DNA from: Octopus vulgaris
Lineage: Eukaryota
NCBI GenBank assembly: GCA_951406725.2
Contig: OX597820.1
Location: forward strand, 51,770,001 to 51,834,000
Direction of reading: 5' to 3'
Length of the DNA stretch: 64,000 nt
Positions 54,451 to 64,000 of this stretch are shown piece by piece (within the stretch, counting starts at the first letter, position 1; the number at the start of each line of letters is the position of its first letter). A model generated the notes under the pieces. That model searched no databases. It was not told where the DNA came from and was given only the letters and a program-made list of their open reading frames with translations. The position numbers were made by a program, and so were the translations under genes.

Positions 54451-55948
54451 TTCTTGTTGAGGGAGTAGGACAATTGGAAATAACTGAGGAAATTTCAAAT
54501 TGATTCTTGTACATCAATCTCCGAAAGTTGATAATTAAGATAAACACGGATATAATATCTAGATGTTTAAATGATCCATTTTTCTAAGTCATATGTTTCT
54601 GGGTTCATTATTTGTGTATACCAAGATGCTCATATTAACACATACGCAAACACCTAAACCAGTTTCTCATATACCATGATTTATGATCCTTAATTCTGGT
54701 TAATAGGTTAAAATTCAACTTGTGTACAAATAAAAGTTGTTCTATTGATTTGGCAGACTTCCATAAATCAACTAGCAAGTGTGTGTAATGATAAAACATT
54801 GTATTCTGTGAGACGTGAGAGATAGTCCGGGAATTGAGCAAATGGCTGACGAGATAATGAAGGTTCAATAGTACACATTTCTCCTAGAACATATCAAATT
54901 ACGAATCCTTAATTTATCACGCTGATATTGTATCACGTGGTTCGCTTAAAATATATGTAACTAATCAGAGTAATAGCTATCATGTTCTTTTCGAAAGCAA
55001 CGTAATTTAACGTAACAATAAACAAAAATTAAGGTTTATTGAAGAAGAATAATATTTCATTTTTTAAAATCTGGAAGATTTTAAAAGAGAAAATTAATAG
55101 TAATCAAATTTTTTAGAAATAACCATCAAAATCGTCTCTAAAAATTATCACGAGAGTATCTAAATCAAGAATAATTATTTATGCAATTTATCAAGAAAGT
55201 ACAAATTAGCATTTCGTAAGAACAACAATAACGACATCAATAACAACAACAACAAAAAATATATATGTATATATATATATTAACAATTGAGGATAAAATC
55301 TTTAAAAGAAATTATCAGTAGTCAGCGTGAAAAACCTCGTAAGAGAAAAAATCCGTAAATTCTTCCTCTTTGAAAATATTCATTTACATTATATTGAGGG
55401 CACTACTATTCGTAGATACCAACACGCTAAGAGGGACCAATGCGGTCAAAACTACTAAAAATAAACAAAATTTTACCGAATGCAAAACTTCAAAACACAT
55501 CATTTTAAAAAAGAATTCAGTTACATATCACATGTGATTTCGCATTTAATGCAGAATATGCATTTCATGTTCGTCAGTGCAACACACTCAAGAAATATAA
55601 GAAAAAACATAACATTACAAACTCGATAGCCAACCGTAGAATTCGTCGTAGCTTGTACGAATGTTTATCCTTACATATCTATGAAAATGGCGGGCTTTTT
55701 CGCAATGCATTTCGGTATTAAATTGCCCTGTACTAAACTATCTTCGATTGTTTCTAAAAGAGGATTGATGGATAAAAATTCTCGATTTAATTGAGTATTG
55801 GGTGCAACCTAGGTATATGTAGCTAAAGGAGGCCTGACTTATAAAATTTTACTTGGTATACAACTTTCATTTCACAATTTCTGTCTACTTCACAGGCATT
55901 AGGGTCTTGACAATTATAATTTGAATATATATGTATGTATGTATGTAT

Positions 55949-56056
<108 letters not shown>

Positions 56057-56094
56057 GTATGTATATATATATATATATAGATATGTAATGCAGG

Positions 56095-56336
56095 CGTGCA
56101 GGCGTGAATGTGTGGTAAAAACCTTTCGGCAAGTGTCTTATTTGTTTAATGTTAATTATTCCTTTTTGTCTGAGACTTCAGACAACTTATTTGAAAGTAA
56201 AGTTTTGATTTTATGTGCCCCTTAATACTCGCATGCGTCCACGTATATGGACTCCAATGTCTTAAAGAGCCCACTTGCCTTCGACCGAGACTTTTGAGTG
56301 TATTTGGTGGCAGACAACTGAAAGAAGCCCGTCGTA

Positions 56337-56340
<4 letters not shown>
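56095..56340 (+). mobile_element. SINE 5' half
   Basis: GGCGTGAATGTGTGGTAAAA head, GGCAAGTGTCTT, AACTGAAAGAAGCCCGTCG followed by (TA)n. Confidence 0.5.
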
Positions 56341-56380
<40 letters not shown>

Positions 56381-57439
56381 GACAGGGAGAGAGAGGATTG
56401 AGAGAGTGGGGAAGAGAAAGAAGATTGAGAGAGAGGGGAAGAGAAGGAGGTGGTTTTCATTTCTGGACATAGCCAGTAAGTTTGATTAAAGGAAGTTGAA
56501 TGATAGTATTGTTAACAAAGTGATTATCGTTCCAGGAGGACCGAATGGCTAACACTATCAGAGTGGAATTGAAATGTTAATACACCGAACTAAAATGGAG
56601 GTAGGAAGACAGGGAATGTGAGGTTGAAAAAAGTGCGGCGCTGTTTAGAATCTAGGGCAAAATGATAAGAATAAGGACCTTTAAAAAAAGCTTCCAAATA
56701 TCATGAATAATTCTAATTACTTCATTCAAATAACAATTAAAGAGAATAAAGTCAGATTGAGGAAATTATTCATAGAACAGGCTGTTCGATAAATAGATGG
56801 AAACATTTGTATTTTATGAAAGTTAAAATTGCATTTTCAAAGCAATATTAGAAATTGCGAGGGGGTTAAATGCGTTTGAAAGACTGTATAAAATCGTCTG
56901 CATCATACTATTAATATAAAAATATAAGCTAACTTTAAAAAATTCAAGTACTATTCAATTGAGAACATTTTGGCGCGAATACTTATAAAAGCTGTAAAAG
57001 AATATAGAACACAAAGTGTTAATGAAAGAAACGTTTCGATAATTGAAGTGCGACTATTATTACACATAATAACGCTTGTATATCTGGAAGGAATATGTAC
57101 AAGGAAAACAATGTAATAGAAAGGGCAAAAATATAAAGGCATAACTGCATAGAATTTATAAAGCACGAGTTAAGTGGAAATATAATCTTAATACTGACAT
57201 AGTGAGGAATGCCAACATCATGTGTAAATCTGTCATTTATGAGAAACTAAAATAATAAAGTGTTATTATAGTCTGGTATCCGTGTATATTACATCTTACC
57301 AATACATACAGATATATTAAAATTCAAGCAAAATGTGCTAGTATTCGAATTGACGCTAACACTAATGAACGCATCTAAAAGAAGTAAAAATATACACATA
57401 TAGTTACGCAGGAATTGCCTTGTATCTTTATATATATTT

Positions 57440-57441
<2 letters not shown>

Positions 57442-57532
<91 letters not shown>

Positions 57533-57548
57533 TGCGTGTGTGTGTGTA
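57442..57548. repeat. (GT)n microsatellite
   Basis: Direct inspection. Confidence 0.95.
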
Positions 57549-58480
57549 CAAAAGACAAGTCTCAAATACACTAGTTAACAACATCGAAACCGACTTTTAA
57601 AAAATGCGGAAGACGTAACTGTAGTATACACGTCAACCTAATTGAATGATCGGCTTCCTCCTTCAAACAGGGTCAGCGCTTTATAGTGAAAAACAATTTC
57701 ACATGTATATTGGAAAAGCTGATATATATGTTAACTTGCTCAGGGTGTCGAGAGCAACACTTTCTTCAAACACAAAACAGCTTACTCCAAAGAATTACCG
57801 TACAGAAAATCCTAGATTAAAATACGGGAATACAGAAAAATAACATTAAGTGAATACATCGACATTTGCGCCACTAATGAACAACCCTTTAGAATATTCC
57901 TCTCTATAAATTTAGGGTCAATGTAACATGTGATTTTAGTCAGTGTATCAGCAAAGAATCATACTTTATTGCAAAATATAAACACTTTTGAATGCTTCCT
58001 CCACAGAGGATACCAATACAGAGATCTTAGAATAATACCCAGGCAAATCTTTAAAACGATACATATATTAAGAACAATCGCTACCCATGAGTTTCCTTGA
58101 ACAGTTTCTACCAATACTGCTTCAACTCCACAAGTCACATTTCGGTTACTTGAACAATTAAATTAGATTTCACGGACAGCCTCTATTACTGGGTCATACC
58201 ACTCACGTAATTTTCTTCTTCCACTTTTTCCACTTCTTCTTCTTCAAAAAGAAAAAAAAAAACGTACAGGTCTTGCCTATTTGACGACCATGGAAATATT
58301 TACAAATTTTTTTCATTTAATTTTTCTTTCAATTTAATTGTTTTACTTCTTAATTAATATCCACCTTTGTCTTACTCTTAGTTGAAAAATCGAGAACACT
58401 GAAACAGGTACTAACCATTACAAAATGTATTTCATTATAAAATTATTTTTGCCTTTTCTACCTTGTCCTATTTTACTTAT
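57549..58480 (+). mobile_element. older Neptune-type PLE 3' fragment (GIY-YIG + 3' UTR)
   Basis: KCGRRNCS..LIE*SASSFKQGQRFIVKNNFTCILEKLIYMLTCSGC..EYRKITLSEYIDICA aligns with the EN at 50290-50600. Hammerhead-like motif at 58378-58414. Confidence 0.8.
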
Positions 58481-58568
58481 ATATAATTTATATATGCATA
58501 AATATATTCACACACACACATAAATATATACATATATATTTGTATGTGTACGTATGTATATATATATA

Positions 58569-58625
<57 letters not shown>

Positions 58626-60272
58626 AAATATATATACATATATATGTATATGTTCTTATTGAAGAACTTTTCTGCATGCTTTCAGATTTAGGTCTCATTT
58701 GTCTTAATTGGCGTCTGAAAACTCTGTAACACATGGATCTTGTTGCCAATAGATTCCCTGAGAAATATTTTGCGTTGAGTCAGGGAAATCTATATCTTGT
58801 GTTCTCAGTGTTCTTGAATATTTGCTGATTAACACTGAGCTATTTTTTAATTGGATATCCGCTGTTGTCTTGTCTACAAGTAATTTCATATTAATTGTAC
58901 CTAGGGTGTTGTCTGCCATGTTTGATGAAACTTATTACAAATCTAAATTATAATTAGTCTAGACGTACATTTAAATTCATATCCGTGCATGTGAGGAAGA
59001 GAAACGTTACAAAAAATCTAAAAGTTAACGGATGGACACGTGCTTTCTCGCACAATTGCATATATACACATTCTAACAAATCGATAAATATCTGTGTGCG
59101 TGTTCGTGTGCGAGTGTGCAAGTGTGCCTCTGTGTGTTTGCGTGTGTGTTTGCATGAGAGTCCATAGTATGTACGTGTGCAAAAGACCCCTTGGCATGAG
59201 AAGCGTCTCTGTTTTGCAAAAAGTATTATTTGTTTAATTTTAAATGTTCCAACAAACGTGTGGCGAAAGTGACTTTGCATTTTTCGCGAAGAAACCTTTT
59301 TTTTCTGTTTTTTTGTAAATACATTATACAATGTTTTCACGTAAAGAGAGAGACAGAGAGAGAGATAATAGTATTAGAGAAAATTTGCAAAGAAAACCCA
59401 AGAAATTTATAACATATATAATAGAAATACTAAACAATAGTACCACTATATACATGTATATGCAGACAATCGAATAAGTTAAGAATAAAACGACTAACAA
59501 GCTGAAAGTAAGTTACAATAAAAAGTCAATGAACTCTCGTAAGTATAGTCGATATTGACAAAGGAAATAATTAACATTATTCAACATATTCAACAAAATA
59601 AAATAGAATGAAATCTAATAGAAACCGCTATTTCAATTAATATCTTAAACTATGTAGCAAGCAGTAACTTACGATAAATTCAAATACTCTATATCATAGC
59701 AGTTTATTTATTCACCTGCTTCGCATACGCGATAATGATATTCTAAGCAATGCAACCCATTTTCCGAGATTCATCTGGCGTTTTTACTGCTTGGCATACA
59801 GATTATTTTCCGCAACATTGCTTGTGTCATAAATATATGTTGAAATCATATCGGGGTCGATAAAATAAGTACTGGTTGAACTCTGAGTTTGATTTGATGT
59901 TATCGACTTACCTCATCTCCCAAACATCATAGGCTTGCGCCAAAATTTGAAATCGATATTATATATATATATATATACCGTGGCGAACTGGCCAAATTGT
60001 CAGCTTGCCCGAAGTTAAGTGTGCTCTTTTAGACATTAGAGTTCATATACGGGCGCCCACGCCAGTATGTAAGGGACCCAAAAAGACAAATGAAACAATT
60101 AAGCAAAGCAGTTGGTCAAAGAATTTCCTTAGGGAATTAATAGAAATCAGAATGTATGCTACAGCAGACAGCTAGTCTGTGGTGATAAAGTGTAAGGGTT
60201 GAACCTAGCACTCGTTGGCCTCCACAGAGCAAACAATAAAACCAGAGGCAGATTAGAGTTAACGTATGTTTC

Positions 60273-60412
60273 TATGTATGTATGTATGTATGTATGTATG
60301 TATGTATGTATGTATGTATGTATGTATGTATGTATGTATGTATGTATGTATGTATGTATGTATGTATGTATGTATGTATGTATGTATGTATGTATGTATG
60401 TATGTATGTATG

Positions 60413-60443
<31 letters not shown>

Positions 60444-60472
60444 GTATGTATGTATGTATGTATGTATGTATG
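60273..60472. repeat. (TATG)n microsatellite
   Basis: Direct inspection. Confidence 0.95.
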
Positions 60473-60569
60473 TGTGACAGAGTGTATGTATGTGCGCGTA
60501 TACATTTGTGTGCAAGTATGAATGGAGCGAAAAAGTTTTAACGGAAATAAGTTCACATTTATTTTATTT

Positions 60570-61470
60570 TCAGTGCATGACTGAGCAATGACCTTGGAAT
60601 CAAAGGGGCGCACACACACGTGCGCACTAGCATGGACATATAAAAATTAGAAGTTGTAAACTTCATAATTTGTTTGAGGCAGAGAAAACTGGTCTTTACG
60701 AGCGAACAAACAAAAAATGTTCTAAAATGCAAATTTTGAGTTTAGCTTTAGTTATAAAATTACGTCTGAAAACAGTTAAAATCATTTTTTTTTTCGGCTT
60801 TTGACTTATTGTATACATCTTCAAATGTTTTTCCTTAAATCGAAACTTTTTCTTTCTTTCGTCTATATTTTTCGTCATTTTCTACCACTCCATTGCGACA
60901 AATATTTAAAATTACTATGGGCCACAGTAAGTAATTTTTGATTTCCTGTTATTTTCTCCCTACCTGTTTGAAACTTTTACATTGCAAGTATTGCATGGTT
61001 TGTTCTCTTGCATCGTCTTTGGGAGTAAAAGATGGTCAGCATAGTTGTTGTTGAAGCTGAGAGAATTTTGAAATAAAATCAGGTGACAGGTACCTATCTT
61101 TCAAGAAATTGTTCCTCAAATTCGACTCGATTATCATTGAGGTTGCAAACAAAATATCTGGATAATTTTTGATGCTTAACAAGTAATATTCTATTCTGTT
61201 GGATTCCATGTCAATTTCTTCCTACATTAACATCTAATTTCAGGATTTTCTATCTTCTAAAAATTATGTCTAAATGACAAATGACTAATTTCAATAGTGG
61301 CAGATCCGGATCGGAACACCTACATGTTTGATTTTCTCCGTATTGAAAGTGATTTTTCCAACTTCTTTTTTACGAAGGTCTAATTTTTTCTCACTTGCCC
61401 TTCTCTTCCTCCCATCCGGAGCCATTTTGGTCAATTTACTTTTAAATACCCACTTAAAAGTGATGTGAGA
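60570..61470 (-). mobile_element. possible decayed hAT-like DNA transposon
   Basis: Basic N-terminus MAPDGRKRRASEKK and YLSPDF fragment on minus; no clear TIR pair. Confidence 0.25.
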
Positions 61471-61557
61471 TGCCTTTACGGTTAATATTTTTTCACAGAA
61501 AAAGTTGTGTACGTTAAAGGAGATTTAGCTGTTGTTTCTAGCACATTCTACGACCAC

Positions 61558-63598
61558 CTTCGTCACTGTCACGTGTATTGATGTTTTTCAGTACTTTTCT
61601 CCACGCAAGCACTTTTATGCGATTAAAACAAATTGAAAACTTTTGATTTTTTTTAACATCCAATTGTTTCTGTTTATAAAGTCATCTGAAAGATAATTTC
61701 GTACTTCTTCGGTATCCCAAAGCCCCACCCGATCCCATAACTTTTGAACCAGTAATTGTTTTCTAAATTTTTTTCAGATCCATGTTTTCGATATCGGAGA
61801 TTACGATTTACCACACAAAAAAAAAATGGAAAAAAAATTAATTTCAGTTTCCCCTCCTCAATTTATTTGCTTTGCTTACAGTTGACAAGACGTGCTGTCA
61901 CGCACAAAATAACAGCTTCCAAACCCTGTTTCCTGATTGGGCGAAAATTATCAAACTTTAAAACTCTATAACTTGTTAAAAACATTTTTTTCTGGAAAGA
62001 GTGTAACAGCTCCAGTAATTTAGCTTGGATGGAAAAGTATATTATTGTGCCAAATGTTAAAATTTTCAATAAATATTCATTTTTGAAATTCTGGTAGCCA
62101 AACCAACTAGATGCATAGTGAGACTATTTGTTATTGGAAGAATTTCTATTGTGATATATGTGCAGGGAAATTATGAATGGATCCTTTATTACTTGGTGGC
62201 CCTGGTCGAGAGGTTGAGACTGATGAGTCTATATTTACACGGAGAAATGAGCATGTTGGCAGGTTGATATTGATACAACATGTAAGGAGCGTTTCCTTGA
62301 AGCAGTGGCAAAAGGGGACTTCAACATTGTTTTACCTGTGTTGGACGAGTACGTGAGATTAGGAACCACTGTAGGGTGAGATCTATGGCGAGCATACAGC
62401 ACCATTGGTAACCGAGGACTTCAACATCTGACAGTCAATCCTCAAATGAATTTCGTTGGTCCTCTCAAGAAACTACACTAAATACAGCCGAAAATCTGTG
62501 GATAAGGGCAAAGCGGAGTAACAAGGAGAGTGAAACTTCACGTTCACTCTTTGACACTTATTTGGTCGACTCTATGTGAAGAAAAATTATGTTAATGGTA
62601 ATGTTTTCAACAATATTATTAGTCAAATTCGTGAAGTTTACTCTGTGTGAATGCTTCACTTATATTAACCTACTGTCCTCATTTGAGGACAGTTGAAATA
62701 AAGTTTGTTAATCTATCATTTATTACATATTCAATTCTATATATTTTACCTGAAATTAGTTAATTTGCTGCAATAAAGATTACTTGGTATGTTTTTTAAC
62801 CTTATTTATATAAGTATCTTCAGAATTTCGACAGAAATTGCAAAGCAGTCGAACATTTTTCTCTTATAATTACTGAGTACCGATTCCAGTAATAGGTTGG
62901 GGCTACGGAAGATGGTTTAGCGACCAACATTTGAAAAATTAAAGTTTACCGAAAATTTGAAAATTTTGCGCTGTAATGTACTATTCCAAGCTCATTGCTG
63001 GGGTTGTTTCACTTTTTCCAGAAAATGTTATTAAAATGTTATAGAGGCTGTGTTTGATAATTTTCACCCAATTACAAAGAATAATTTGGAAGCTGTCATT
63101 TTATGCGTGACAGCACGTCTTGTCAACTGCAAACAAAGCAAATAAATTTGGGGTGAGGGATTGAAATTTACTTTTTATTTATGTATTTATTTTTGCTAAA
63201 TCGTAATCTCAGATATCGAAAACATATGAATAAGCTAAAAAAAAATTACTATGGGGTGGGGGAATTCCGAACATGTACCGATAATTTATTTTAATAGCAT
63301 TATTTTTTTCAGTAAATACGTTTTCTTACAAACACACACACACACACACACACATGCACAGACCCACACACATGCACAGACCCACACACATGCACAGACC
63401 CACACAAACACAGACACTCATGCACACACACGGCTTCGCTTGGTCGGGCAGTGGTAGAGATTTAAATTTCAAATCACTTGTTGCTTAGATCCCAGCAGTG
63501 TATCACGCGTGTGTTACCTCCGTATCATCATTCCATAATATATGTTTTTTGGAAGAAAGTTATAGAAAAAAACCTCAACACATGTGACAGTGACAAAG
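61558..63598 (+). mobile_element. Merlin (IS1595/IS1016-like) DNA transposon, internally deleted, long TIRs
   Basis: Imperfect inverted repeats 61558-62106 vs 62913-63598 (e.g. CAGTTGACAAGACGTGCTGTCACGCA / TGCGTGACAGCACGTCTTGTCAACTG) flank a transposase relic. Confidence 0.85.
62150..62650 (+). pseudogene. Merlin DDE transposase fragment
   Basis: GGPGREVETDESIFTRR..VGR, DLWRAYS, HLTVN..NFV, NTAENLWIRAKR, DTYLVD motifs with stops and frameshifts. Confidence 0.85.
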
Positions 63599-64000
63599 AC
63601 ACGAGGATGTGATAGTAACAACAACCAAATCACCCTTAAATCACACACCTTTACTTTTGAAAACATTTATATTTTTCTTTTTGTTACCAAAAATAATTCT
63701 CTCCTGGTTTTTTAGTGCGTAGTGCCAAAACATTTGGCCAATATCGGCCAGGATTATGGGGCTGAGGTGGAAAAAAAGCCATGAATTTTCAGAACCATTT
63801 TCATAAAACGTTTCCCCCACCAACACCTCACCTCGAAAGCCTGAGTGGTAAATAAAATTCGAAAGACCCCTGTTTAAACGGAGAAAATAGACTTATGTCG
63901 GCGTCCCCCACTTCAATAATGATGCGTAAATATACTGATTTTAATTTTTTACCTACAAATTCAAACGTCGAAATTATATAGAGCAGAGATAATGTACACG

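Noticed and set aside
63350-63415. 18-bp tandem CACACACATGCACAGACC x3, and 19-bp tandem at ~22694-22733
   Set aside because: Simple slippage duplications without unique spacers; not CRISPR-like.
63641-63900. GC-richer segment with 61-aa minus-strand ORF (possible exon or DNA transposon piece)
   Set aside because: No recognisable domain and no convincing splice sites.

Overview
AT-rich eukaryotic (animal) DNA saturated with (TA)n/(CA)n/(TATG)n microsatellites and transposable elements. The SINE families and overall texture resemble cephalopod (Octopus-like) genomes, which is an inference. I see no convincing host protein-coding exon, and most ORFs in the track are microsatellite artefacts. 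The centrepiece (43547-51173) is a young Neptune-type Penelope-like retroelement (PLE; RT + GIY-YIG) present as two ~3 kb near-identical inverted arms around a 1.26 kb spacer. The spacer carries an extra upstream coiled-coil/Pro-Thr-rich ORF that shows signs of purifying selection and may be joined to the RT by a T-TTT-TTA -1 frameshift. Also present: older PLE remnants, several hammerhead-ribozyme motifs (one near-canonical, stand-alone in (TA)n), a full-length mariner with perfect TIRs, two decayed mariners, an RTE LINE relic, a Merlin transposon with very long TIRs, Helitron-like fragments, many tRNA-derived SINEs and a 5S rRNA pseudogene.
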